DNA from: Antechinus flavipes
Lineage: Eukaryota
Reading direction: 5' to 3'
Length of the DNA stretch: 64,000 nucleotides
Assembly: GCF_016432865.1 (NCBI RefSeq)
Contig: NC_067401.1
Span: forward strand, 479,942,001 to 480,006,000
The translations under genes were made by a program, and so were the position numbers. How positions within the stretch are numbered: position 1 is the stretch's first letter; each line of letters starts with the position of its first letter. The notes below the pieces were generated by a model. It made no database searches. It saw only the letters and a program-made list of their open reading frames with translations, and was not told the origin of the DNA. This document shows, one piece after another, positions 34,301-47,775 of this stretch.

Positions 34301-37300
34301 CCCATCCTGGGGTCCCTAAAAGCCCCTCTGTGGGGTGAGTGGGGCTCCAGGGCAGAGGCTGAGGAGCTGGGGACTGGTCATGCCTGATGCGGTCAGCTCT
34401 CCCTGAGTCAGTAGAAGACTGTTAGTTTCTGCTAGATTCGGATCTAGGACCCGAATGGGCCGGGAGGATGCAGTGGGACTGCCACAGGAAAGGTTCCTGA
34501 AAACTGAGGCTCTTGGGGGCCGAGGCTTTCACAAACTCACGTTCAGACTGAAGGAAAATCATTTGGGTGGCTTGGCCTTTTAGGGAAAAGGATGGCCTGG
34601 GCAAAGACATGGGGGTGGCATTTATTCAGAGACAGTAAACTGACCAGGGCTGCTGGATCTGGGGGCCTGAGAGGACCAATGTCAGAGGCTCCTCGAGGCT
34701 TCCCAGCGGGTTAAGCTGTGGCTGCTGCATTTAGTAGGTTTCCTGACCTCATGGCAATCTCTGATCATTGGGTATGGCGCCCATCAGTGCCAGCCATCCG
34801 GCCTCAGACTGTGGGGGGTGTCCTCGGTTCTAAGGGCTGGGGCTGCCAGCCTGAGGGCAGTAAGGAGCCACTGGCATTTATTAAGAAGGGGAGTTACCCA
34901 GGCCAGCCCAGGATGGAGATCACTTGAGTGACTGTGTAGAGAATGGACTGGAAAAGGATGGGGAGAGCAGTAATGTTGGCAGGGGGGATGAAGGAGGGTC
35001 TGGGCCCAGGGAAAGTGGCAGAGAGAGGAGTTCTGGGTCAATTCCAGATGCGAGGGGTCAGACAGGACTTCAGAGACCATCGGTGCAATGACGGACAAAG
35101 GCTCAGAGGGAAGGGCTTGCTCCATGTCCACCCTAAATCAGGGGCAGTCAGGAGGACGGGCCCCAGCCCACTTCGCCTCTCCCTGAGGCGTGACCCCGGG
35201 TCTGGGGGTTTTTTCAGTGGGGCAGAGGCACAACTAAGGCATGTGGGCTTCCCCACATGGCCAGAAGGAGTGATAACCCACCCAGGGTCCTCCAAAGGTC
35301 TACCTGCAGGCCTCCCCCACCAGGCCCCTCCCTCTCCCCTCTCCCCTCTCCAGCCTGGCCAGGGCTGGAAGTTGCCCCGGGGGCCCTTCCTCCCCATCCC
35401 CCCCTACCTCCCGAAGCTCGGACAGCCCATATTCCAGAGATGAAATCAGCACTTCCAGGACCTGTCAGGGAGGTGAGGGGGACTGAGGTCAGAGGAGGCA
35501 GGAGCCAGAAGGGACGGCTCAGGGAGGGCCCGGGTCTCCTCCCACGCCTGCTGTTCCTCTCCACCTACTGTGCGCCTGTCCAGGGTGATGCTGTTGGTGT
35601 AGAGGAATTCCAGCACCGTCAAGAAGGCCTCGGGGGGTACGTCAGCCAGGACCACGGGCTCCTGCGGGGCGCCCCCTCCGGGGCCCTCGCCATTCAGGAG
35701 CTGGCGGAAGTAGTCGCAACGGGAGGTCAGGAGGCAGCGGTGGGCGAGCACTTCCCTCCGGTCTTGGCCCACCAAGAACCTAACATCACTGGCGGGGGCA
35801 GGGAGAAATGGGAGGGAGTCAGATTGGAGGTGTGGGGGACCCCCCATCCCCGTCATCCAGGGCTCAGCCCCCCAGGCTGGGCCGAGCAGCCCTGGGCAGC
35901 CAAGCCTGCTTCAACCAGGAGTTCTTGGAGGCTCAGGAGTGCTGGGCAGCATGGGCAGAAGTGCCCGGGGCCTGTAGGGGGTAGAGGCCAGCCTCCCCCG
36001 GCCTGGAGCTGCCTCCTGGAGCGAGGCCTCCCTGGCGGTGACTCAGGCCCATCCCCAGGCACCTTTGCAAGGCAGGATGGAGGGAGGTGCCCGTGGGGGC
36101 GGGCATCCTGGAACGGTGAAGGAGAGAGCAGCCCACGGCTTCCCTGGGCTGCTAACTCAGCGTTTCCTAGCTGCTTCCTCTGCCTCAGGGAGGCCCTTCC
36201 ACCCCCTCTTGGCCAGCGATGAAGCTTGGCTGGGGCTCTGTTTAGGTGGAGAAGGGGGGGGGGATTAGGCACAAGGCCCTCCAGGCATCTGCCAGGCCCT
36301 CCCCCAGACAGGGCCCGGCCCTCGGCACTAGGGCTGGAACCCAGATCTTGGGGATCCACGCTGAGTGACTTTGGGCAAACCCCTCGCTCTCTCGGGCGGC
36401 TGGGAAGGAGGGACTAGCTGGGACTTGCGGCCCAGGACAGCGTCCTTGGCTGCCGGGGCCCCATTGGGACGGCTGCCCCTTTCACAGGTCGCTGCTGCCG
36501 GGGCCAGGGGCCTGGGACGGAGGTGGGAAGGAAGTGCTGACGAGCTGGGGAAAAGTTTGCCAGCCACAGGTTTCCACCAGAGACCTGGCTGGGCTACGCC
36601 CACTTTCCTAACCTACTCTGCAAGATGGGGAGAATTTCTAGTACAAAGGGTTCCAGGCAGAGTCATCTGGAAGCGGGGTGCTGACGGAGCTGTCCCTCCT
36701 GGGGGCGAGGGCCCCCTCCATCCCCCTCCGTCCCCCACCCCCTACCAGGCAGGGAGTTCCCTCTGGGAGGCCCGGAGGGCTGGAGGCGGCTCCTTTAGGC
36801 CTCAGCTGCCTCAGTGGGCCGCTCCTCCCATGTGGCTGGTGCTCTGTGCCCCAACCCGCCTCCAAGAACCCAGAGCTCAACTCTGTGTGGGATCTAAAGA
36901 TGTGATAAATGATGTCCCGGGATCTGAGCCACTGATTAAAACGTTAAACAGAACAATTTTCAGATGACGAAGTTAAAGCCATTTCTAGTATATGAAAACA
37001 TGCTCCAAAAATCACTATTGATCAGAGAAATGCAAATTAAGCCAACTCTGAGCTACCACTACACTCCTCTCAGACTGGCTAGAGTGACAGGGAAAGATAA
37101 TGATGAATGCTGAAGGGGGTGTGGGAAAACTGGGACACTGATGCCTTGTTGGAGTTGTGAACTGATCTAGCCATTCTGGAGAGCAATTTGGAAGCTCAAA
37201 AATCTATAAAACTGTGCGTACCCTTTGACCCAGCAGTGTCATTACTTACTCTGTATCCCAAGGAAACTGTAAGGCAGGGAAAAGGACCCCCATGTGCAAA

Positions 37301-40300
37301 AATGTTTGTGGCCCTTTTTGTGCTAGCAAAGAATTGGAAAATGAGGGGATGGCCATCAATTGGGGAATGGTGGAACAATCTTGTGGTACAAGAAGGTAAT
37401 GGAATATTATTGTTCTATAAAAATGATGAATAAACTGGTTATAGAAAGGCCTGGAAACATTTAAATGAACTGATACTGAGGGAAACAAGCAGAAGCAGGA
37501 TGTTCTGTTTGTACGTGACTGTACACAATAACTGTGCACAATAAGAGCAAGAGTGTGCGATGATCAGCTATGAGAGACTTGCTTCTCAGCGGCTCAGTGA
37601 TCCAAGGCAAAAGCAACAGACTTTGGACAGAAAATGCCATCTGCAGCCAGAGAAAGAACTGAGAAGACTGAATGTAAATCAATACACGCTACGTTCACTT
37701 CCTTTTTCTGTTTTTTTTTTCCTCTCCCATGGTTTTTCCCTTTTGCTCTGACTTTTCCCCCCTCCCAATATGATTCATAAAGCAAAGTATATTAAAAACA
37801 AAATTACAATTAAAAAAAGGAAAGAAATGTTAACCAGGGACAGCTAGGGGCAGCCAGCCCTGGAATCGGGAGGACTGAATTCAGATCTCACCTCAGACAC
37901 TTATTAGACCGGGGAAAATCATTTAATTCCGGTTACCAAAAAAACATGTTAAAAAAGTTCAGGGCTCAGCACAGGCCCCCGGGGCCCTCCACTAGAGACC
38001 AGCTGCTAAGCTCATTAATGGCTGGCCCACCTCCTTGGGGTACATGAGAAACTCCCTCTTCTCACCTTCTGACCCTGCACCCCCCTCAGCAAATTATCCA
38101 CAAATCAAGAAAGGAAAGACTTGTCTGTCATTCCCCGGGCCGAGGTTTTGGGGCCCAGCTCAGGGTCCAAGGAGAAGGGCAGCAGGGCTGCTGGCCGGCC
38201 CAATCAATGCCCTCTGCGAGGGAGGCGGCTGACCCTTCGCTGCTTTTCCCAGACATCTCCCTGACTAGGAACTGATGAGCCCGGTGACTCCCAGGACAAA
38301 GCAGCCTTTGAGAGGTGGCTCCCCAGCTCCCCCATCCCACAGGTCTCCCGGGCTGGGAGCTCAGCTAGTGAGGGTGGCAGGAGACCCATAAGGAGCCCAG
38401 TTATCAACTCTCCAAAGGAGGGGAAGGCATTGAAGGCCCCATCTGTGTGGGGCAGGAGAAAAGGGGAAGGTCACTAAATCTGACCTTATTCCCCACAAGG
38501 TCAGCAGGGTCTCTGAACCCCCCTCCCACCCACACACACACTCAGGCAGCTCATCTGGACCATAGGCAGAGATGGGCAGGGGGGACTAGAATGGAGGCAG
38601 ACATGCTAAGGAGAAGCCGGATCTCAGGAAAGGCCAGAAATCACACAGGTTCTTAATGAGCGGCGCAGCTAAGGGGCACCCAAGGCCCTTGATCCCCAGT
38701 CCTGTGCCATTCTTGCTACCCCTGGGGGGAGAGGAAAGGCCCAGACTGCCCCAGATAGACCAGAGGCTGCCTGGCCCTGTGGAGCCTTCCCCCTCGGCAA
38801 GGATGCTGGGAACTCCTCCAGCCTCTTTTGTGGCAGTCAGAGGCAAGCTGACACCCCCCCTCCCCATCCTGGCACTTGTCTGGGCTGTGCAGGGCAAGGA
38901 CACTGGGCCAGTAACTTTGCTCAGGGGACTACCCAGTTGGGCCCCAGCCAGGAAAACCAACCAAGACCTGGGAGGCAGCTGGAGACAAGCACCAGGGGGA
39001 AAGTGAGGGAAGCAACCTGCTGGTCCTGTCCTGCCCTGCCCTCCTCCTGATGCTGGTCCCTTCACAGTCCTGCCCACACTGATTACCACCCTCCCTGGAG
39101 ACATCTGCCTTCAGCGTCTGAGGCACCCATGGGGTCCCAGCCCACAGAGGAAGGCTCAGAGGCCACGTGATCCAATCCTTAGCTGACCAACAGTCCCTGT
39201 ATCTGCGGCCTCCCATCTCTGCTCGCGGATCTCCAGTGCTGGGGAATTCCCCTCCTCTCCCAGCAGCCCTTCTAGTCTGGGACAGCTCTCATGGGAGGAG
39301 GTTCTCCTAGAAATGGGCTTAATGTTCCCCTCCCTGCCGTGCTGCTCTCGATTCTGATCTTAGGGACCCAAACAGAACAGGTCTGGCCCTTCTACTTCTC
39401 CACATCTTTCCCTCGACTCTCTTCTCCAGCCTAAAAACATCGTTCCTCCAACGGATTCTCCTAACGAGACCCTGGACAAACTGCCCCTCGTCAGCATCCT
39501 TCCGGGGATGCCCAGGACTGACCACGGCACTGCAGAGAGCATCTGACCCAGGCAGAGCTCGGGGGGACCACGGCTGCCCGGCTTCATTAGCCTGCTCACC
39601 TGCCGGGCCAGAGCCTGGGTCCCCCAAAATCTCCAGATCCTTGGCCTCCCCAACCCTGTGTTTATGATTATTTCTCAGATTAAGAATGAGCCCGTTGTGC
39701 CGGGAGCAGCGCTGGGCACATGGGAGAAATGCAGAGAAGGACAATGAGTCCAGAATGTCAGAGCTGGGAGAGGGTGTCCATAGCTGGAGCCCCTCATGGT
39801 ACGAGCAAGGAACCAGAGGTACGGCGGAGGCTTCCCTCCTCCACGCTGCACCATTCTATTGGCCATGAAGCCCAGTTAGAGTCTGTGCTCCTTGAGAGCA
39901 GGCCATGGCGCTCCTCCTCTCATGTCTCCTCCCAGCACAGGTGGAAGGACCCAGAAGTCAGCCAGCCTTGTCCTCTCACTCCCTCCTGTTCCTCGGCTAC
40001 ATCACCGGGCTGCCTTTTCCCAGGCTCCCACTTCGGTCGATAGCTCAATCCTCCAATCCCCATTAGCTGATCAGGAAGCTTTCTGGGCGCAGGGCGCCCC
40101 TAGACATCCCCTGTGCTGTGCCACTTCTGAGAGAAGTGTGGGCGGGATCCCCGTTGGCCGAAGCAGGCAAGATCCCCTTCCATCCCAAACTCCCGCTGGA
40201 CAGCCACACACCGGGGGAGGGATCGGCCTGCCTCAAAAATGGGTGTGCCGTCGGGTGCCCTGGTTAGGTTGCTGAGCTGGTTGGAGGAGGAAAAGCTAAG

Positions 40301-43083
40301 CTTCTGCGGGCCAGACTCAAGGACAAGGGTCAAGAGGGGCCTTCTGATAATACCCAGGAGCACCCTCCATCCCGCAGAGACAGCAGAGGGGGGCACGCTC
40401 CCCCTTTCAGACAGCTGAAATGACCAGGGGTTGGGGTGGCTGGCTCCGCCCCCCAAATCTTTGCCTTCTGCCCAGTGGCTGGCCAGTCCGGAGCTAGGCC
40501 AGGGAAAGGCAGTGAGCTCCTGCTCCTGGCTCCTGCGCGGTCTCACCACTCAGCAGTGGTCCCTCCTTCAGCAGGGCGCCCTCCTCTCCATCCAGCCCCG
40601 AGCTCATTCTCTTCCTCCCACAAACCTCCTCCATCCTCTGAGTCACCGAGACTGAAATCTGAGTCACTTGCCTCCAATCTCCAGTCCGGAATCCGATCCT
40701 TCCTTATCTGCCGCCATGACGTCACATCTTCCTCTCCAACTGCCTTAGCTCTCCACTCAGATCCCCTTGGCCCAAGCATGTCCGAGGCCCTCTCCCCCTA
40801 GCCTGGATCTGCCTCTCCTTCCCTAGGCCCCCACCCACAGAGAAGCTTTCGATGCCCTTCCTCCCCAGCTCTTGAGAGCTCTTCCTCTTCCCCTCCTCCC
40901 TCCCAAAGACCGTCCCAATTACTTGTCACTCAGCACTGCCTGGACTCATAGGCAGGTGCCTCTGTCAAAGGTGGAGAGATTCCCATTGCTCCTGACCCTG
41001 ACGACTGCCCCGAGTCCTGCAGAATCAAAATGGTGGAACCAGAGAGCTAGAGAAGACCTTAGAGGCGATTTAGACCAAGCTATGGCTGAACGGGATCCTC
41101 CAGTAAGGGAGCTCACTACTTCTTCCGTCAGCACACAATATAGTCTCCAAAAAAAAAAAAGTTCGCTAGAAGACTGGAGAGAGGCCTGGGCTCTGCTGCC
41201 CAGCTCTGCTGCTTAACTGTTTGTGACACCATGGCCATCCATGCCATCTATGGGCCTCAGTTTTCCTATCTTTATGTGAAGTACCCATTTGGGGAGATAG
41301 CCAAGGAGCCTTCTTGCTAACTGGAGTCTGAAGACCCGAGCAGGACTCATGTCTGCTACTTCCTATGGGACTTTTTTCTGAGCCTGTACAATGGGAAGTG
41401 TAAGGCTTTCCCTAGCAGTGCTGGGATCAAGTGCTTTGGCAAGCCTCGCTTCTCTAGGAAGCAGAGCTGAGGAGACTCCTGGGCACTGCCAGGGCAGAAA
41501 TGCCAGGGAGAATGAGAGGCCAGACCACACCCTGCCATCATGGAAGGCCTTAGCTTCACTTTGGGCCTCGGGCACACCCTGAGAGCTGGACAGCTCCCCT
41601 CCACTCGGCTCTGGGCTCTTCCCTAGCCCTCTGCCTTCCCTGCCGGCCTCTTGGCTCTGGTGGGCTGACTGCTGTCCACCAGCCTCACTGTGTTCCATGC
41701 CCTGTGTGCCCGCCCCTCTGGCTGCCCTGGAGAACTTAAAGAAGCTGGGATCGATACAAGAGCCCTGCGCAGCTCAGAGATGGGATCTGAACCCAGCTCT
41801 CTACCTCTGAAACTTAGGCCCTTTCCCTTATGCCATCCATGGAAGCCCTAGACATGGCACTGCTGCCCCTGACCAGTGGTCCGAGAGTCTGAGAAGGCCA
41901 GTGGGGTTGCCTGAAGGGAAGAGGGCATGTTCAGAGTGCAGAGCTACCCTTTAGGGTGAAGAGTGATGGAACTCAGGGGACCCATTTGCAGTGAGTTCCC
42001 TTCCCTCATCTCATCCCACCTGCATTACTTCAAGCAAGTCCCTTCCTTGTTCTGGCCTCAGTTTCTTGCTCTGCAAAATGGGGAGATTGGACTTGCTGAC
42101 TTCTAAGGAGCCTTCCAGATTCAAATTAAGATGCCAGGAGTTGGAGCTTGGATTGCCTTGAGAGGGGAAGTTTCCAGGAGTAAAGTGAAGAGAATCCTTA
42201 TCTGGGCCCAGGGCCAACCACTCCCAGGAGACTTGAATTGGCTCTGGGTGATTCCCTTTTTTAAGGGAACTGATAAGCGGGAAAGTGTCTTAAGGCACTG
42301 ATAAGCCAGAAAGGGCCTCCTTAAGGACTTAGATGAGCAGGCCTGGAGGGCTGGGGGAAGGAGCTGGCCACGTTGGGGTGAGGTGGGGTGGAGAACTTAA
42401 TCCCGGGACTGTCCAGGGTTAGAAAAATGGGCCATTTAGGGTAAGGCCTCCGAGGGCAGAGCCAGGAGTTATGAGAGGGGAGAGGGAGGGAGAAGGGAGG
42501 AGGCTGGGAAATGCTGAGACGGAGCTGTCCAGAAGAGGAAGTGGGGACCACAAAAAGTAGTGAGCTCCCCGTTTAAGTGTCTCTCAAGTACAGGCAGTCC
42601 GGCCTCTAGTCGGGAGGGTTTGGGGGTCGGGGCTAGTCAAGGGCAGGATGGAGACTCGGGGAAATCCCGGCAGGGCTGAGAGGGCGTTCCCCTGGCCCAG
42701 CAGGGGACTAGCGCTGGCGGGCGGAGGGGCGGCGCACACCTGCGCTCACACAGCCGGTCACGCGAGCACTGGCTCACACGGCGTGACACACGCGTGCCTC
42801 ACCGACCACTCGCCCCGGGCACACCGGAGCCCCTCGCTATCTGCTTTGCTGGCCCGCGCTCCCGCCGGCGCGCCCGGGGGCACGTTCAACCCGAGCCCAC
42901 GCTCCCTCCGCCTTTCACCTGGCCGCCCCGCCCCCACCCCGGGGCTCACCTGAAGCGCCCACAGTTGAGCAGCCCCCGCAGGGCGGCCCTGAAGGTGGCT
43001 GGGTCTCCTTGCATCGAGTGGGACGGGATCTGGGCCGGAGTTCCTCCTGACGGCCCTCCCGGAGACCCCCCCGGGGGTCCCAT
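31369..43083 (-). CDS. BTBD19: BTB/POZ (BTB-BACK) domain-containing protein 19, 8 coding exons, ~309 aa
   Basis: Exons (-): 43083-42950, 35788-35569, 35461-35408, 33984-33925, 32403-32335, 32244-32113, 31909-31784, 31503-31369 (930 nt, GT-AG, consistent phase). Peptides SDVRFLVGQDRREVLAHRCLL, EAFLTVLEFLYTN, VLEVL..EYGL.ELRE and VEQIAEAWKCHALRRG match BTBD19. ATG 43083 has ACCATGG context. Confidence 0.93.
36960..37830 (+). mobile_element. L1 3' fragment (ORF2 C-terminus/3'UTR) in BTBD19 intron 1, followed by a WSINE1-like SINE at ~37835-37945
   Basis: Contains CACTATTGATCAGAGAAATGCAAATTAAG...CATTCTGGAGAGCAATTTGG, typical of marsupial L1; A-rich tail. Confidence 0.75.
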
Positions 43084-43238
43084 GGTCCAGGACGAGGCTG
43101 TGGGGAGCGGGCTCGAGGGGCCGGCGGCCGAGCCGGAGGCCGAGCCCGAACAAGAAGTTCGCAGCCTGCCGCGGGCCCGAGACCTGAAGCCTTCCGGGCG
43201 TGAACGGTTGCGGACGCGGGCCGGGTCCAGGCAAACGC

Positions 43239-43242
<4 letters not shown>

Positions 43243-43275
<33 letters not shown>
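43243..43275 (-). repeat. (GGC)11 trinucleotide repeat in the BTBD19 leader
   Basis: Eleven GCC units on + strand (43243-43275) followed by ACC. Confidence 0.95.
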
Positions 43276-43278
<3 letters not shown>

Positions 43279-43349
43279 GCGGGGGGTCCCGGCCCCAGAC
43301 AGCCCCGGCCGGGCCCCCCCAAGCTCCCAGCCCCTAAGCATGGAATCCC

Positions 43350-43375
43350 CCGGTTGGCGTCACTTCCGGTCACTA
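43350..43375 (-). promoter_or_regulatory. BTBD19 core promoter ETS/CRE-like element
   Basis: Minus strand reads ACCGGAAGTGACGCC (43370-43356) within a CpG island. Confidence 0.55.
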
Positions 43376-43861
43376 AGGTCCGGGTCAGCCCCTCCTGGGC
43401 ACTGCGCCCAGCGTTCCGGGAGCCTCCCTCCAGGCGTCCTCCTCCCCTGGGCAGCGCCGCAACCTCCGTATGGCTGAGCTTCTCGGGCCCGGATGGGGCC
43501 GCCTGACCCATGTGCAGCCCGGCCCGGCGCCGCCGCCCAGGACCCCAGGCGGGCCGGGCTCAGCAGCCTCGGACAGGTCCCCCGGGACCCTGGCCTGGCC
43601 AGGCAGGGGCAGCAGCCCAGGCCCCTGCGCCCCCGGAGCTCCCCTTACCCCGGGCTGGGCCCGGGGCAGAAGCCCTGAGGTCACAGTGGGGGGAGGGCTT
43701 AGCATCTCTTTTCCTGCTGTCTCTGGCCCCCAGCCCAGGATTGACTCAATCCAATCAATGGGTGACCCTTGGGGCTGGGCTCAGGTGGCAGCCCCTCTCT
43801 GCTTCCCGAGTCATCCCTGACACAAAGCTTAGCTCTCCTGAAATGAGGAAGGGAGGGAGGG

Positions 43862-44067
43862 AGGGAGGGAGGGAGAGGGAGACATGGAGGGAGGGAGAGA
43901 GGGAGACATGGGGGGAGGGAGAGAGGGAGACATGGGGGGAGGGAGAGAGGGAGACATGGAAGGAGGGAGAGAGGGAGACATGGAAGGAGGGAGAGAGGGA
44001 GACATGGAAGGAGGGAGAGAGGGAGACATGGAAGGAGGGAGAGAGGGAGACATGGAGGGAGGGGAGG
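43862..44067. repeat. ~8 x 24-bp purine-rich minisatellite (GAGGGAGAGAGGGAGACATGGAAG)
   Basis: GACATGG recurs every 24 nt from 43881 to 44049. Confidence 0.95.
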
Positions 44068-47000
44068 GCACATAGCCCTCCATAATCCCAAGGGGCACAG
44101 TAATGGGACACTGGGAACCTCAGGACTTGGGTTCACATCTTGTCTTTACCCCTCTAGTATCATTGCAAAGAACACTCCAAATGGGATCCCTTAGAATTGG
44201 ACACCATTGAAAAGGACTTAACTTCTCTCAATGCTTCTGAGAAAAGTCCAGTCCTGAGACCTGCATCACTCTTCCCCCTCCCTCCCATTTCTGTAGCAAA
44301 TTTTTCTATTTTACAGATGGGACAACTGAGGAAGCCCAGAAAGGAGGGCATGAGTTTCACCAAAGTCATCCATGTAGTCAGTGCTGTGCAGTCTACACCC
44401 ACCCCATACCTCTCTGTTCCTAGTTCCACTTCTGTTTCCCAAGTCTGTCAGGGAAACCCCTGTATGTCTGGTGGGGAAAACCCTAATGGGGACTTAGGAC
44501 AACCTGCCCCAGCCTTACTCCACCACTCTCTCAGCCTTATCTTAGCCCATTCCCAGACAGGGGAGAGACTAGTGGTGCCCCAAGATCACTGTTAGATCCC
44601 TGGCCCTGACCTCTGACCTGAGGGAGTCACTCAGCAGCCCTCCTTATCCTCCAGACTCTCCCCAGGATGTGATGAGAGGGAGCTTGGGCTGCCAGAAGTC
44701 CCCCTCTTGCTAGGGGGTTTTCCCTGGCCAAAACAAATTCAACTCTCTTTCCCACAACTCCTTTTGCTTTCAGTAGGGTGTGAGGTGACACTGCCTGAAT
44801 TATAGGTTTGCCAGGGTCACCCCACCAGTTAATGGCAGAGCAAGCATTAGGTAAGAGCCTAGTAGGGTCTGTCTCCAATATCGGTGTCTAATTTGCTACC
44901 AAAGGATCAGAGAGGTCCAGGACCCCCAGAAGGAAGGGATCCCAGGGACATTTGAGCACTTTATCCAAGAATTCCTCCACTGCATACCCGACTTGCCTTT
45001 CCTTGAGAATTTTCAAGGGTCTCAGCACTTCAGGAGCCAGCCCCATCACCCCATCCTGGCTGCTACTTTATACTTTATATATACTTTATACCTTCCCTCT
45101 ATAGGGCTTGGTAACACAGAGCTCGGGTGATCAGGCCCAATCCTAGTTTATCACCACCTCCTACTTCCAGAACTGTTCAACTGACACTGATCAGGCCTGA
45201 GTGTGGAGAGGAGATCTCTGAGTGATTCAGCATTCCTGACCTCGGGGTTCTAATATCGGTTTTCATTCTGATCCTGCTGGCTCACTCACTAGTTGTGACT
45301 TGGGTAAACTGAGTCTGCATCTGTTTAGATGACTCCAAGTATTTAAAACTATTCTGTGGAGAATTTTTGTTCTGCTCTGAACCCAGAAGGCAGGAATGAA
45401 AAAGGGGAAAGTAATAGAGAGATCACTTTAGGTTTAAAAAAAAAAAACAAAACAAAGAAAAAAGCTTTTATAGTGAGAGCTATCCATTAGTGGAATAGAC
45501 TGCCTGGGGGAGTGAGTCCCCCATCTATGGAAGTTTTCTAGTGAAAGTGGGATGCCCAAATATGGCTCATCGTTCAGAGAGCACTGGAAGCTCCAATATT
45601 CTCTGCTGCTGGAGGACGCAGGCTTACCGCCCGTTTCTGACACTGACTTCCAGGAACTTCTTTGCTCAGCTGTCAGTTGGAGTTCATTGTAAGGCTCCAG
45701 TAAGATCAATTGGAAAGGCCTCTGATACATGTCAAAGCTTTCAGAAATGACCATTGAGTCTAGCAGCATCTGTCAAGCACCCAGCACATGGGCACAGAAG
45801 TTTTGTGGGTCCTCCCCTCAAGGAAATGACATTCCTTAGAAAGGAGACAGTAGGACATATCAAATGCATCCTAAGTAGTTTCTGGGATTCAGAATGAAGC
45901 CTGTTGACGGGGTAACCAAGGTGATGTTGCTGAGTAACAGCAAGTCAAAGAAAACATCATTATTAATTATCTTTATTATCCTAAGAATTCTAAGTGCCCT
46001 TTCAATTCTGATTCTCTGTAGTATAGTGGGCTGCGTTAGCCCCCTTTCCCCTCCTTCCAGGAGGCTCTCCCATGAGCCCCTTTCCCCTCTAACCCTCCTA
46101 AACTAAGCCCAAAGCCTCACCCACCCGAAAACAGGACAGTAAGGCTAGTATGTGGTACTCAATGATGCTGAGCTCTGGCTATCTTCTCCCCCTCCTAGAC
46201 TGAGGTCCCTGGGAGCAGGCAGGGACTTGGACTGAACACCTCCAGCCTAGTCTAGGGGAAACAGCTGAGCCAGGGAGTAGGAGGGTGAATCAGCCTTCCT
46301 CTGCCCCTTGGATTCCCCTTCTCTAGAAATGGGAGATGAGCCTAGCTGGCCCCAATCTGATAGTTCCTGACGAAGCTCTGAAACTCCGGATGCAGGGAGC
46401 AGAGGGCAGAGGGGGATGGGTAAATATTTCCTGCCCTCATTTGCCGGTTTCCGTTTGGCTGAATGTCTTCCGCTGGGTCTGGATTCTGAGTTTTAAGAAA
46501 TCTGCTGGTTTAGCCCCTCCCTCTCTTCCTCTCCCTTCTGCCTGGGCTGAAGTTTCCTTCTGGAGCTCTGAGCCCCTTTGCTTTCTATTTGACCCTGGCT
46601 TGCGAACATCCTCCTCAGTCCTACCTATGCCTCCCCAGGCTGTTGATCAGAGGCCTTTGTGGCCCTTAAAGTGTTACAGGCTCTTTCCAGTGTGGTTATT
46701 TACTGCCCCCTCACCCCCCACCCCTTTCCCTTCTCCTGGAATGTGTTCCCTCTCCCCTTGCTCCTCCCCTCCAGGCTCCAAGCTGAGCTCATGCTCTGAT
46801 TCCTATTGAATCCTGACCTTCCAGCTGCTGCGCCCCTCCCCTCCTCTCCCCCCCCCAGTGCTTTACATCAGTTTTTATGGCCATATCCTCTCCCTTTCAC
46901 AGCCTAAATTCTGTGTGAAAGATCCCCAAGTCCTAAAACAGAACAGTGTTTATTGCAAGTGCTGAACTGATTAACTGGAGCAACTATTATTCCCTCTTGT

Positions 47001-47239
47001 AAATCTTTGTCTATCCTTCCCAGATACTCTCCCTTTCCCAGGAATATAACAATTTTGTTCAAGTCTCTAGGATCTTCATCAGTTGGCTGTATGTTACGGA
47101 ATATTATCGTTCTATAAGAAAGGATCAGCAGGATTTCAGAAAGGCCTGGAGAGACCTACGTTAACTGAGGCTGAGTGAAGTGAGTGAAGTGAAGAGAACA
47201 TTGTACACAGCAAGATTATGTGATGATCAACTGTGATAT

Positions 47240-47775
47240 TGTTGAGGTCTAGATTTGGGGGACCTAAATGAAATTAGGGTTTAGTTGAGGCCTAGTGGCA
47301 GGTTCGGGGTACAGGGAACCAAATGGAGCTCCCCTGCAATCCCCCTGGATTCGGTGCAAGAATACGGTGGTAAATGAGGTCTAGTAGCAGCTCGAGTCCC
47401 CAATAAAGGCATTTATTGGCCTGAGAGCTAGATTGATAAAAGAGGTTTATTATTAGGTTTGGAAGTAAGGAGATAGGTGAAGATAGAGATAAGGAGGGCA
47501 CCGGACAGAGGATCCAGTGGACAGAGGGTCCTCACATGGCTACTATGTTTGGAATCTCTGCCAAGAGGGGTTCCCAGCCTGTCCCTTTTATAATAGGAGA
47601 TTTAGCTGGAGGGGCTTTGGGTGTAGTCCCAAAGTTGGCTCAGATCTGGGTGGGGCTGGGACAGGTCCGGATCTTCTATTGGAATTCAAAGGGACACCAG
47701 GATTTGTGAGTCAAAGGATAATTACATTAACTAAGGAGGGGTTAGGAATCAAAGATAGGAATCTTTCCCACATCA
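47240..47775 (-). mobile_element. Solo LTR inserted in an L1 3'UTR remnant (~47080-48140)
   Basis: TG...CA ends; 4-bp TSD ATAT; minus-strand TATA (~47586-47592) and AATAAA (47412-47417); host L1 sequence resumes after the insert. Confidence 0.7.

Noticed and set aside
35257-36222. 321-aa plus-strand ORF over BTBD19 exons 2-3
   Set aside because: Antisense to real exons; low complexity with no domain.
42794-43511. Poly-Pro (+, 227 aa) and poly-Ala (-, 198 aa) ORFs over the GCC repeat
   Set aside because: Alternative frames of a CpG island; only the BTBD19 frame has homology and splice support.
43510-44136. ORFs with EGERETW or PPSMSPSL repeats
   Set aside because: Translations of the 24-bp minisatellite.
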